Below are positions 1 to 11,811 of a stretch of DNA of 64,000 bases, in pieces. The stretch lies in the NCBI GenBank assembly GCA_010015805.1, contig ML978123.1:62001-126000 (forward strand). Direction: 5' to 3'. Under the pieces are notes generated by a model. The model made no database searches, was not told where the DNA came from, and saw nothing but the letters and a program-made list of their open reading frames with translations. This DNA is from Rhizodiscina lignyota. Taxonomy: Eukaryota. Made by a program: the position numbers and the translations under genes. Numbering within the stretch: position 1 is the stretch's first letter; the number at the start of each line of letters is the position of its first letter.

Positions 1-1128
1 CAGACGTCGGCAAATTCCTCGCGCAATTCCGCCCTGATGCGAAAGGTGCTGAAGACAAGTTCAAGAATGTCATTATTGCCGACGCGGCACCAGACTTGGA
101 GTTCTTGAACACAACTCAGATTACGGCCCAGACTGGTCTCGAGGGCTCGCTCGATGCGGAGACAATCATTGGTATCACCTACCCAACGCCATTGATCGCA
201 TATTCGACTGGTGGCTCTCCTCCCTTTGTCCCAGACCTCGCCACAACAACTGATACGAACGAACCATATCTCGTCTGGGTGCAATACGTCTTGGGTCTCA
301 AGGATTCAGAACTCCCGCAGACTGTCTCAACCTCTTACGGAGATGACGAGCAGACTGTCCCAGAGTCATACGCCAAGAAGGTCTGCAGCCTCCTTGCTCA
401 ACTGGGCGCCCGCGGTGTTACTTCCCTTCACTCCAGCGGTGACAGTGGCGTCGGTTCCAATGGAACCTGCAAGTCCAACGACGGCAAGAACACCACCCAA
501 TTCCTTCCTGCCTTCCCTGCCTCCTGCCCATATGTTACCACTGTCGGTGGTGTCATGGACTTCGCTCCCGAAGTCGCAGCTTTCGATCCCCGCAACGGCT
601 TCGCCTCTGGTGGCGGCTTCAGCAACTACTTCCCTGTCCCGAGTTACCAAGCCTCGACCGTGAAGTCCTACGTCGCTAGCCTCAAGGGCGAATTCGACGG
701 TCTCTACAACAAAGGTGGCCGCGCATACCCTGATATCTCCGCTCAGAGCGTCGCCTTTGCTGTTGAGTGGAACGGCACTGTGGTTCGCCTCGATGGCACC
801 AGCGCTGCGTGCCCGACTGCCGCGAGCGTGATCAGTTTGTTGAACGATGCACTCATCGCAGCGGGCAAGAAGCCCTTGGGTTTCTTGAACCCCTTGTTGT
901 ATAAGAGTCTGCACAGCGGCTTCCATGATGTCACGAGCGGGAGCGCGATTGGGTGCTCGGAGACTGGGAATCCATTGGGTTTCCCGGCGAAGAAGGGATG
1001 GGATGCGGTTACAGGTTGGGGATCTCCGGTAAGTCTCGAAGTGATGATAGTAAATATTCTGAATGCTAATGACTGAATAGGATTTCCCGGCTCTCAAGGA
1101 CCTGCTGCTTGGGAAGAAGAAGAGGAGT
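1..1128 (+). CDS. Tripeptidyl-peptidase / sedolisin, peptidase family S53 (5'-truncated by window edge)
   Basis: S53 motifs EGSLD, SYGDDE, SSGDSG, FPASCPYVTTVGG, GRAYPDISA, catalytic GTSAACP and GWDAVTGWGSP. Intron 1029-1080 (GTAAGT..CTAAT..TAG) joins terminal exon DFPALKDLLLGKKKE*. Confidence 0.93.
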
Positions 1129-1404
1129 GACTATAAGCCGCGGGGTGCGAGGCAATAAATACGGGTAGATGTGGCGGAAGAAGACTGACGACATTGGATG
1201 ACTAATGTGGAATATTCTCCTGTATATTTATCTTGTATGAATGCTGCAATCAATGAATATGCGGACGGAATAGAACCATTTTGCAGATGTTCGTTTTGTG
1301 GTGACAAGTACCAACGCCCATGCATGGCCATTGGGGCAAGCAAGATGTAGTTCATCGTCCTCCTCGTCTCATTATCCCCCTCGTCTTCATCGTCCTCCTC
1401 GCCT

Positions 1405-2364
1405 TCATGTACCGATTGTCTCATGCTCTTGGTTCTGCGGTGCCTCGCACAGATTTCTATGAATATCCCAGTCGTGAGTTTGGCAGTCTTTGGAGCAGTA
1501 CCACGTGGAGCGACATCTTGAGCATTGGAGCAATTTCTCGGGCTTCTTCTTACAATATGTGCAAATCTTCGCAGAGCTTTTTTGATAAAGCCAGTGCGGA
1601 TTCACAGTTCTTTTCCCATTGATGTCAAGCGTGATCTTCGCAGTTCCATACGTGGATTTCTTCCATCTCTTTTGATGGAATACGTCCACTGTCATATTCC
1701 TCCCAGCGCCTCTGATTGTTGTCGGGTTCGTGATCGCATCGCCCCAGATATAACCAGAGATGGGCTTCCACGATCCATCTTCTTTGATTCCAAAGGAAGC
1801 CTGGCATTCCCATCCATCATCCATGTTAAGGTAGGTACCGAAAGTGACCACACGATCGTTCCGTGCGATAATCAGCAGAGCGCCTTTGTCTTGGGCCTTC
1901 TTCGAATACTGGAATTTATTTCCCCATTCCACTGAGTTGTACTTGTCCGTGTCGAGGAATGCACGGAGGGCATTCGGATGCAAGTTGTAGAGGCATGTGG
2001 CGATGCCGTGGGCAGCAGTGAGAGGTTTCGTGTCAACGTCTTCGTTGAAGTCTTTGGTATCGACAAGCTCGATTGGCACGCCGTCCATCATAAGTCCAGC
2101 GAGCTCTCGGAGATCCGTGTTAGTGATAGGACAAGGCTCGCGCCTGAGCTCCCTTTCCTAGAAGTACTTCTGAACGCCCCAGAAACTTGGTGGTTTTTTC
2201 TCCCACTCTCCGTAAAACTCGTATTCACCATCATCTTCGTCATCATCACCGTCTTCGTCCTCGTCATCATACTCCTCGTCGTCTTCTTCTTTCGACGGGC
2301 CATTCTCCCATTCATCATCTTCACGGTTCGGCATGTTGAGCCGTTGTCGGGTGGATTGAGCCAT
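1405..2364 (-). CDS. MYND zinc-finger protein, probably with an acidic N-terminal exon
   Basis: C-terminal CTYC..CSRCRSTWYCSKDCQTHDWDIHRNLC is a zf-MYND pattern (ORF 1405-2091). The acidic ORF 2158-2364 is probably exon 1 (branch CTAAC at 2119-2123), but splice sites near 2104-2175 are weak and uncertain. Confidence 0.7.
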
Positions 2365-3046
2365 GTAGACAAGTTAGAAGAAAGCAGCTGAGATGGAAGT
2401 TGGAGAAGCAGTGTGAGCGATATAGAAACTGCACTCCGCAAGGCTTGGACGAAGTAATAGCTGATGATATAAATGTCCGCACGGCTGGCCCCTGAGACAC
2501 GCCCTTGAGGAGATAATAGTAATCCGAGTCATGCCAAACGCGAATTTGACGCGCCTAGAATCCAGGATACGCGTCTTCACGTGCCATTACAGATACCTTA
2601 CCGTTGGTTGGTACGAGTATGCTTTGTAGTTATCTAGATACGTACTGAGCACATTTACAATCTGTCACGCGAAAAAGACATTCAATGTTGATGCCTTGCC
2701 TAGTTGTCAACTCCGGTTTCGCTGGCCTTTTTGGGTACGTGTACGTACCTAGGTAAGGTACTGATCGTCATGCACGTGGGGAATGGAGATGACCTCAGGG
2801 ATCCGCATCGACCTGTCCTTGCTCCCCCAATTAAGCATAACATGGCCTCTCACTCAACGCCCCAGCTTACTACGTCCGTCCCTCTTTCTTATATGCACAT
2901 TGTCACACATCCAGAAAGCTTGTCAATACCCTAGCTGCGTCTTAGCTGCACTTTGGAATGCTTAAATACCCGCCAATCGAGTTATCGAGTCCCACAAAAG
3001 CAATCATCTATCGCGCATCTGCACCCCGCATGTATAGCCTTGTATA

Positions 3047-5842
3047 ATGCCTCCAAAAGCGGCCCCAGATTCCAGAGATGCCTCGCCGTCGTCATCACCA
3101 CGTTCGCGACCTTCGCATCCTACCTCCCGCAACCCCTCCGTCTCGTCGACTGGGAGGACTCACCATGCCCCCATAACGCCGAGCGGGCTTCGACGAGAGT
3201 CCCATCTTTCTAGTTCGCCCGAAGACACTATGGGTACAAATAATAGCAGACAAGATGGGCAAACATACAGCGACGGACAAGCACGAGGTATAAGGCCATC
3301 GGTTCCTCACCTTGCGTCAGCACACACAGACCACGACGAACCGGAAGTGCAAGGTGATTTTTACCAACCTGCAGAGCCGAACGTGCGGACACGACTTCTC
3401 GACGCAGAGAACTGGGATCAGTCTACAGGCTGTGGTTCCGAAAACTGTGGCCATGGAACGTTTTCACCGCGGCCGCAATCCCCAGAGAGAGAGTACCGGA
3501 GCTATGGGAGTATTGGCTCTGAGACGACACAAGAAGGCTTTGGCGAGAGGATTCTGAATGTCGAGGCAAACTCGTCTCAAGGGTTACTGGGAAATTCGGG
3601 TGCGGACGAAATGCTCAGACGTGAGGGACCTAAGATGAGCACTACGGGGTTTCTAGCGGAGAGACATGGCTTGAAGAACTCTCGTTTAATGTTCGTAATG
3701 ATTTCGTTCGTCTTCGTTAGATGGCGCATCCGTTGTAGCAATACTAACATTATGGTAAACCCAATCAGGTACATCGCATACTACGTACCATTTCTGAACT
3801 GGATTCGCCAATATCGATGGCATTTCCTTCGAGGCGATCTTATTGCTGCGCTCACCATGGCCTCATTCTACATTCCCATGTCTCTATCATACGCGTCGAA
3901 TCTCGGCCACGTCCCTCCAATTAACGGCTTGTACAGCTTTGTCTTCAACCCGCTTATATACGCTTTTCTCGGCAGCTGTCCGCTGATGGTTGTTGGACCA
4001 GAAGCAGCAGGTAGCTTGCTCACGGGTCAAGTCGTCAGAGAGAACATCAACAAGGGGCAAATACACGACAAGGATGGACATCTGAGCGCCGAAGTTGCAG
4101 GAATTGTGACGAGCATGGCGGGCGCGGTCATCCTCGCAGCAGGAATCTTTCGACTTGGGTTCTTGGACAATGTTCTCAGCCGGCCGTTTCTTCGCGGCTT
4201 CATCAGCGCGATCGGCATAGTCATTTTCATTGACCAGCTGATCCCGGAGATGGGCCTAGACGCACTGGCAAATCACGCTGGCGGCGTTGCACACGGAAGC
4301 TGTGTGGAGAAGGCAGTTTTTATCGTGCAAAATATTGCTAGGGCCCATGGTCCGACTTGTGCCGTTAGCTTTGGAGCCTTTGGAATCATCATGGTCTGCA
4401 GGTATGCTATTGTAAATATCAAGCGCTTGTTTTACTGGTTGAATGCTAATATTGCTATCAGGGAGATTAAACAGCGCCTTCAACCTCGCTATCCAGGTGT
4501 GGCCTATGTCCCTGACCGCTTCCTCGTTGTCGTTCTGTCGGCCATATTTGCCTGGAAGTTCGACTGGGAGGGAAAAGGTGTCGACGTTCTTGGAAATATC
4601 CAATCACGCGGCAGACCTTTCCAAGTCCACTGGCCATTGAGCTTTACTCATCTGAAATACTCTTCCGATGCATTTAGCACGGCGTTCATCATTGCACTGT
4701 TAGGCTTCTTTGAGTCTTCTGTAGCTGCAAAGAGTCTGCCAAGTGCTGAAAGCGTTGGAGGAGTCAAAAACATTACCTTAAGTGCGAACCGGGAACTTGT
4801 TGCTCTGGGTGTTGCGAACATTGCAGGAGGGCTGTTCATGTCTTTACCTGCATTTGGAGGGTATGGTAGGAGCAAGGTTAATGCTTCGACCGGTGGCAAG
4901 ACCCCGATGAGCAGCATCTTCCTCAGCATCATCACCCTTATCTGTATCCTGTTCCTCTTGCCTTACTTCTACTACATTCCGGTAAAGTCCAGTCTTTTCT
5001 CAAGCCTCTGATAGTTGGCCGAAGTACTGATTTTAGTGCAGAAAGGTGTACTGTGCGCTATGATATCCGTCGTCGCATACTCTCTGCTCGAAGAAGCTCC
5101 CTCCGACATCCTCTTTTTCTGGCGCATTCGTGGCTGGTCCGAACTTCTGCTGATGATGCTAATCTTCGCGGCCACTGTCTTCTGGAACCTCAAGATTGGT
5201 ATCGCTGTAGGCATAGGCCTCTCCCTACTTCGCGTCATTCGTCACTCTACTCGTCCTCGTATACAGATTCTCGGCCGTGTTCCTGGGACGACTGACAAAT
5301 TCGAGAATGCTGAGGCCTTTTTGGGCGATGGCAGAGCGCTGGAGTTTATAGAAGGCTGTCTGATCGTGAAGATCCCGGAGCCGTTGACGTTTGCGAACAC
5401 CGGCGATTTGAAGACTCGGTTGAAGAGGCTGGAGGATCACGGTACGAACGAGGCCCATCCCGCCCTGCCCAGAGTGCGAAAGGAGGAGCACAACAAAAAT
5501 CTCATCTTTGACGTGCACGGCGTCACATCACTGGATGGCGCAGGCGCGCAAGTCCTTCACGATATCGTCAAGAGCTACCGCGACAAGGACGTGCGGGTCT
5601 TCTTCTGCCGTGTCCCGAGTGAAAGGAGTGAAGTCTGGCGCCTGTTCGTTGCAAGTGGAATTGTCGAGCTGTGTGGCGGCAGGGCGCATTTTGTGGCTAA
5701 TGTGGAGGAGGCGCTAAAGATGACGGAGATTGAGAGTCTAACTGAAGAGTTTGGAACTGGACATGACGATTTGGTAGATGGGCTGAGGCACGAGCATGGC
5801 GAGGGCGACCCATCTCATGATAGGAGGATGACGGTCGCTTAA
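3047..5842 (+). CDS. SulP/SLC26 sulfate/anion transporter with C-terminal STAS domain
   Basis: GDLIAALTMASFYIPMSLSYA, GLYS, VVGPEAAGSL, ANRELVALGVAN, PAFGGYGRSKVN, STAS-like PLTFAN..FDVHGVTSLDGAG. Introns 3691-3768, 4402-4461, 4982-5041. Confidence 0.93.
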
Positions 5843-6167
5843 GGCTAAGCAAGAGATAATGAATGAAAAGTCTTAATTAAGAGCATAGCATTAGTGTTTG
5901 TAAGATACGGTCGAAAGACCGATTCAATTTGGCATGGAATCGGAAATTAAGCTTAAGCCGTACTGAAACCTCAAATCTAGAATCAATTATGCATTTCATC
6001 TTCAAAAGCTTGTAGTATTCGAACTTCCTTTTCATTTATCATGAGTGACTAATGGCCCTCTTTCAAACATGGTTCCGTAACGCCTATGCTTTCCAAGCAA
6101 GCCCCAGCCTCTGCAGCCGACACGCATCTCCCCACCGTGGAGAGCAAGAGACAGAGCGAGGTGGTCT

Positions 6168-6884
6168 CTATTGTTGACGCTCATATTCTAAGTGAAGCCT
6201 GTCATGTTTCTCGCAAAGGTCAGGCCATGGTAATGTTCTCAATTGCAACTCCGCAACATGGTCCGCCAGGTACAAAGCGAGTGCAATAAGTGTCAGGCCT
6301 GTCCAGGCACTCCGGGGTCCTAACGACCTTTTCTCATCGCAGAGAAACGCAGTGATTGAATTCTTAAGAATAGCTTTGTTCGCAAAGGTCTCTGTATCCA
6401 ACGGAATGGATATCTCGATCGTGAGGTCCTTGTAAGAGAGGCTCATCTCGCATGTCAGCTTCACCTGCCTCGCGAAATACCCGTAGAACACTGTATGGAC
6501 GATGACGCTTTTGAGATGGTGTAGATTGTGGTCTCCAACGGACTTCAGCCATTGGTCAATTCCCTCATTCGATATGTGAAAGAAGGGGTTCCCATTGTTT
6601 CTCACTATACGCAGTGGACAGTTGCCGTAGAATATGGGCAGCATCTCGTGTCGCGCTAGCCTGCACGTTCTTGAGAGAGATGGTTGACGTTCATCCCGAC
6701 ATCCGGCGATTATGTGGAGGTGGCCCGCCCAAGGAATACAAGGATGACGGTAGTCCTCAACTACAAGCTCGTAAATGTGGATTCGGATCTCAACCGGAAG
6801 AGTCAAGAAGTGAGGTTTTGTAACTTCAGTTCCTTCTGTGGCATTGAAGTTGCTGCTGGAAGTGGTTGATCCTTGAGGAATCAT
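6168..6884 (-). CDS. Unknown fungal protein with F-box-like N-terminal motif (paralogue A)
   Basis: 238-aa ORF; HFLTLPVEIRIHIYELVV and SRTCRLARHEMLPIFYG motifs; clear similarity to the 7382-8312 gene. Confidence 0.75.
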   Translation of the reverse strand: MIPQGSTTSSSNFNATEGTEVTKPHFLTLPVEIRIHIYELVVEDYRHPCIPWAGHLHIIAGCRDERQPSLSRTCRLARHEMLPIFYGNCPLRIVRNNGNPFFHISNEGIDQWLKSVGDHNLHHLKSVIVHTVFYGYFARQVKLTCEMSLSYKDLTIEISIPLDTETFANKAILKNSITAFLCDEKRSLGPRSAWTGLTLIALALYLADHVAELQLRTLPWPDLCEKHDRLHLEYERQQ

Positions 6885-7381
6885 GGTGTTTGTTCTCGAT
6901 GTTCTGTTGGACAGCTTTGGAAGTGGTGCAAACGATGAGAGTACAGTACCGTAGCACTCAGTCTGACGATGTTGGGGGATGATGTAGTGGGTTGGAGAAT
7001 TGGAGAGGGGACAGGCGCAGAAATGGATCAGTTGTTATTGAGTGTCAGATACTGGAACACAGGCAAACGTGAAATTCCAAGACTCGGCTGTGATAATATC
7101 GTGGACTAAGAGTGTGTGTCAAGTGTCAAGTCTGTCCGATCGCTTGGGGTTACCGAGGTGATGCATACTCACATAACACAGCGATGAGAAAATGAGTATG
7201 TCATCCCTTCTTGTGAATCAGAGCAATCTCTGCGCAGTTAACACCCGGAACTTGCCGATTGCTGCCTGGAAATTGCTCGCTGGTTTAAAGCCAACGTTTC
7301 GCCTCGAGGCTTTCCTTCTTCAACGACATCCCTCTCACCATCGGTAACAGGTCGTTCTCTATGTTGTGAGACTCAGTTAGC

Positions 7382-8312
7382 ATGGAGGTATAATCCCATG
7401 TTGCACAATCGTAACAAATCTCTATTCAGTTAACATAGTTAGGGCAATTTCCTCAAGACTTCACTCTCGACGGAGAAAGATGGCGAAGCTCCAACGAAAC
7501 ACTTCATCGCTCTCCCAGTGGAGATTCGACTGATGATTTATGGGTTCGTCGTTGAGGAGCATGTCTGCGCATGCGGGAAAACACAACACAGATACTTCTC
7601 TTTCCTCAATTCCAACGACGGCTGCAAATTCGATCGATTTCGACCACCACATCTTGCAGAAGTATGCAAAACAATACGCAACGAGCTTCTGCCGATCTTT
7701 TACGGAAACAAGTCCGTTTTCATCCACGAAACTGTTGAATACGGATATATCTGTGGTAGAGACGACTCACCTGAATTTGAGAAGTGGTCCAAGACAATCG
7801 GCGAGCGTAACGTCTCCCTCCTTAAGCGCATCGTGGTTGGGTGGATCGGAGGTGAGCGGGTTACGGCACGTATTCCTTTCAGCTTAAGGAACTATTATCC
7901 CGGTCGCGATCGGCGCAGTTGTATTCAGCACTTTGCGGTCAAGATGGAGTTCGAGCGCTCAGGGGACTCCGTCAAATGTCTAGCTCAATTTCCGGGACGA
8001 CTTCATTACGAGAATAACCTCAACTACCTCCGGAGATCCCTCACTACAGAAATAGACAAGCATATGAGTTCTTACGGAAAGAACAAGTGGGACGGCCAGC
8101 TCATTGTTACTCTCGCTCGAGCGGTATTGGGCGAAGATGGCATTGCCAACCGGTTGATGCTTCCTACAGATGAATTTGATGACGTCTTCGACTTCAGCCG
8201 TGCCTACTTCACCTTCCGAAGAGCCTCCTCGCCAGAATCGCCAGTCATAATGGACGTGAAGGAGGAACGAGCGGAACTGCCAGAAAAGTTGGAGTTGGAT
8301 ACGGATGAGTGA
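7382..8312 (+). CDS. Unknown fungal protein with F-box-like N-terminal motif (paralogue B)
   Basis: ATG GAG at 7382, intron 7388-7442, then in frame to HFIALPVEIRLMIYGFVV ... AEVCKTIRNELLPIFYG ... stop 8312. The start exon is inferred. Confidence 0.75.
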
Positions 8313-9163
8313 TGATGATCGGACAGCTATCTTCTCAGGGTAGAGAGATGGCTTGCTTGTACTATAATCCCTTGGCGGCTCAACAGCGATGGAAGGAAAT
8401 TGGAGCAGGACTTCATGAAGTCGAACTACCGTGGTGAATACTCTCTGGGATCCAGACGAAATGTGAATATCAAAGGCTGAACAAGCCTGTTTCAAAGCCG
8501 CCAAAGATTACACTGTTATGCTTTAATGAATGATCTCCGTTGTTGTGAAGTATAACATCTTATGACTTTGAGCCGTTTCAACCCGTCATCTCCTCTCCCC
8601 TTTCCAAAGAGACATCAAGACATGAAGTTGGTGTCGGCCCAAGGAGCCGAATTTCTGAGCCGGCTGCCGGCGTTCAGCCGAAAATATGCGCTTTCCCCAA
8701 AACGGTTAGATATGGAGATAAGCTTCAAGATGCGGCTGTAACTCCTGGGAGCATTTCATCAAGGGATTCGCGAACCAGACATCTTCCTCCACCGCCGCAG
8801 ATCGAGCAGCTCGAACACGCTACAGATCTTATTAACACGTTATTGAGTAATCTTGCGGGAATTCGCCGTTCCACCTTCACGCTGCGCTGGTGGACCCACA
8901 AAGGCTTCAGGATCGAATGATCGAATGGCCACTCGCGCGAATACCAACTCGGCCCCACGGCATTTAGAATTAGGGAGAAGTTTATAGGACGGTGAGGAAC
9001 TGGCGGACTGGTCTCCGATGGCTATATGATGAGTATATAAAATTAATTGGACGCTTTCTTTGCAGTCTAATCGAACCGTTTGTGTCGTTTAACCTGCAGA
9101 AATCAGCTTCTTCAGTGCCATTCCTATCCAAGCTATTCAAATATTACCAAATTCTTTCTTACT

Positions 9164-10264
9164 ATGTCTTCTCTCGTAAAAAAGCTCAAAGACACAGTAA
9201 CCGGCCACTCCGATACTTCTTCAAGGAACAGTCGGCATCGCGCCGCCGTCCTCTACTACAAAGGTGAACATTTGAAGATCGAATCGCGCAAAACACCCGC
9301 TCCTGGCCCAAATGACATCCTTATTGAGGTCAAAGCAATTGCGCTCAACCCCATCGACTATTACCAACGCGATATGGGCTTTGCGCTGTCCTCCTACCCC
9401 GTCGTCATAGGCTCCGACATTGGCGGCATCGTCACCTCTCATGGATCCTCTGTCCCGTCTTCCGCGCCCAAGCCTGGCACTAGGGTCGCAGCTTTTGCAC
9501 CTACATTTCATCTGCAAGGTGAACCCGACCGTGGTGCATTCCAGGAGAAGGCGCTTATTCCGGCAAGTCTTGTCACGCCGATCCCAGATAAGATGAGCTT
9601 TGACGAGGCGGCGATGATGGGTATGGCTATCGTCACGGCGTGGACAGGATGGTGGGCTATCGGCATGCCGCTCGAGACAGATCCTTCGATGTATGCGACG
9701 GACAAGAAGGCCCTTCTAGTGTGGGGTGGATCAAGCAGCGTCGGCAGTGCGGCGGTACAAACGGCACGGTGGATGGGTTATACAGTGTATGCAACTGCGA
9801 GTGAGAAGAATCATGAGTATCTCAAGAGTCTCGGCGCAAGAGATGTGTTTGATTACAAGAAGAAAGATGTTGTCGACAGCATTATCAAGACAGCGAAAGC
9901 GGACGGTGTGAGGATCGACTATGCTTATGACACCGCAGGAGCTTCTGCACAGATCACCGAAGTCCTGAAAGCATCGAAAGGAGGCAGAATTGCCAAAGTT
10001 GCAGAAGCAGTGCCGCTGTCAGGTAATGAGGCCAAGGTTGACGGTGTGGACGTTACGTTCGTGACAGCGTCCCAAGATGAGAAGGAGAGGGACGCCATGT
10101 TCAGCTTCATTATGAATAAGTGGCTCACTGACAAGCTAGCGCTGGGCGAGTTCGTCCCAAGTCCGCACTTGGAGGTCATCGAAGGCGGACTTGACGCTCT
10201 GAACAAAGGCTTAGACAAGTTGAAGGCCGGTGTGAGCGGGACGAAGCTTGTTGTTGAACTGTGA
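9164..10264 (+). CDS. MDR-superfamily zinc-independent oxidoreductase, trans-enoyl-reductase-like
   Basis: IEVKAIALNPIDY, GSDIGGIV, GAFQE, nucleotide-binding LVWGGSSSVGSAAVQ, C-terminal GVSGTKLVVEL; intronless. Confidence 0.9.
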   Translation: MSSLVKKLKDTVTGHSDTSSRNSRHRAAVLYYKGEHLKIESRKTPAPGPNDILIEVKAIALNPIDYYQRDMGFALSSYPVVIGSDIGGIVTSHGSSVPSSAPKPGTRVAAFAPTFHLQGEPDRGAFQEKALIPASLVTPIPDKMSFDEAAMMGMAIVTAWTGWWAIGMPLETDPSMYATDKKALLVWGGSSSVGSAAVQTARWMGYTVYATASEKNHEYLKSLGARDVFDYKKKDVVDSIIKTAKADGVRIDYAYDTAGASAQITEVLKASKGGRIAKVAEAVPLSGNEAKVDGVDVTFVTASQDEKERDAMFSFIMNKWLTDKLALGEFVPSPHLEVIEGGLDALNKGLDKLKAGVSGTKLVVEL

Positions 10265-10500
10265 CTTAATACTTGGATCAATATTGGCAAGATCTGCTTC
10301 ATGCAGTACGCTATGAAAGTTGTGCAGTACACGATTTTCCAAGAATTTCAAGCAAGTGCCAATCGTTACATTCCAATGAACTAGTCTACAATGAAGTGAA
10401 CAATCAGTCTGACCAATCACCGCTCCTAGTCCCGTCCGAAGCGCACAACGCGCACCCAGCCGTTCCAGCCTATCCACTTAAACAACTTCATCCCACTTAT

Positions 10501-11811
10501 TTATAGCTTCTTGAACTTGGCTGCGGCTTTCTTAAACCAGTTTGTCATCTTCTCCTTCCCGTACTCGTTCGTCCCATCCACACCAGTTGCATACTGTTCC
10601 GCCTTGCCGTTTGCTGGCTGTTGAAGAGGTTGCTGCGCCGCGCCGTTCGGTTGCTTCGTGGTGGGCGCCGTTTTACCCGTTGAGGTTGACGTGTTGTCAT
10701 ACTGCCTTCCTCCAACCGTCACCGTGAAGACCTTCGGGTCTCCAGCATTCACGAAGCCAGACTGATCGACGCCGCCGGCGGGCGTTACATCGTCGTACGG
10801 ACTCGCATAACCCCTCCCGTCGACATTCGCTGCGTGAACAATCCGAGCGTAGTGATTCGTGATGGTCTCTTGATAATACAAGTTCTCTGGGGCTGGAAAG
10901 CTGTCCGTCTTGAGCAGCGTGCTTCGGTTGAATTCTGCATTTAGACGAGGGATAATCGCATTACGCAGGCTGTCTGAACCCGTTGCGAATGGACCTGAGT
11001 TCGCGCTGAAGATATCGCGAGTCGAGGGTTTGCTGAACTTTTCGTTGTTCAGCGTCAAATTACCGTCGTTGGTGACTTGGCCGGAGACAGTACCAGCACC
11101 TGGCGTGTCGATAGTCATGGTTGTGGTTTTGTATTTCTGCCAGACTTGGTCGACGTAGGGATCGTAGTAGTCTTTGAATAGATTCGCATTGTCTACCATA
11201 CCTTGGTTCGGGCTCAACGCTCGGAGCAGGTTCCCGGAAGAGTTCTTGACAATTAGAGAGCTCCAGCCCTGGCCGTCGGACTGCGATTGCTGAGTGAGCC
11301 CATTGGCGATGGTTTGGAGTCCATTTGAGCGGGTTCCCTTGACCGATAATGTGGCACCCGAATCTGTGTCAAGCTCGATGGCGATTGGGATGCTGACAAA
11401 GTCGACATAGCTTATGTTGGCATATAACTGCTGCGCATTCCAAGTAAACTCGCAGAAGCCCCAGGCGATGTTGATGTTTGGGTCTGATGGGTTCGTGACC
11501 GATGGCTCTACCAAATTAGGTCCAGGGTTGATATAGAATGTCAGCTTGTCATTGTATGACAGGTAGATGCGGCCGCCGGCGGTGTGGGGTATCGAAATTG
11601 TTTTCGTTGATCCGATATTCGCCAAGGGTATTGCGCAGTCTCGCGCCAGTGCGGCCCCCGGCTTGGATGGTGAAGCTGGATTGTAGACCGTCTTGCCGTC
11701 GGACTGCAGTAAGTACCAAGAATTGTTGTTATCAATTTGTAGTCCTGTCACATACGCATATATAGTGTTGGTCGAGGAAGAGTTGACTAGGGATGTATTT
11801 AGGGTAGCCAT
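10501..11811 (-). CDS. Glycoside hydrolase family 64 beta-1,3-glucanase
   Basis: GGRIYLS, GPNLVEPSVTNPSDPN, WGFCEFT, YANISYVDFVSIP, TNHYARIVH, GRGYASPYDDV; intronless 436 aa. Confidence 0.9.
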   Translation of the reverse strand: MATLNTSLVNSSSTNTIYAYVTGLQIDNNNSWYLLQSDGKTVYNPASPSKPGAALARDCAIPLANIGSTKTISIPHTAGGRIYLSYNDKLTFYINPGPNLVEPSVTNPSDPNINIAWGFCEFTWNAQQLYANISYVDFVSIPIAIELDTDSGATLSVKGTRSNGLQTIANGLTQQSQSDGQGWSSLIVKNSSGNLLRALSPNQGMVDNANLFKDYYDPYVDQVWQKYKTTTMTIDTPGAGTVSGQVTNDGNLTLNNEKFSKPSTRDIFSANSGPFATGSDSLRNAIIPRLNAEFNRSTLLKTDSFPAPENLYYQETITNHYARIVHAANVDGRGYASPYDDVTPAGGVDQSGFVNAGDPKVFTVTVGGRQYDNTSTSTGKTAPTTKQPNGAAQQPLQQPANGKAEQYATGVDGTNEYGKEKMTNWFKKAAAKFKKL

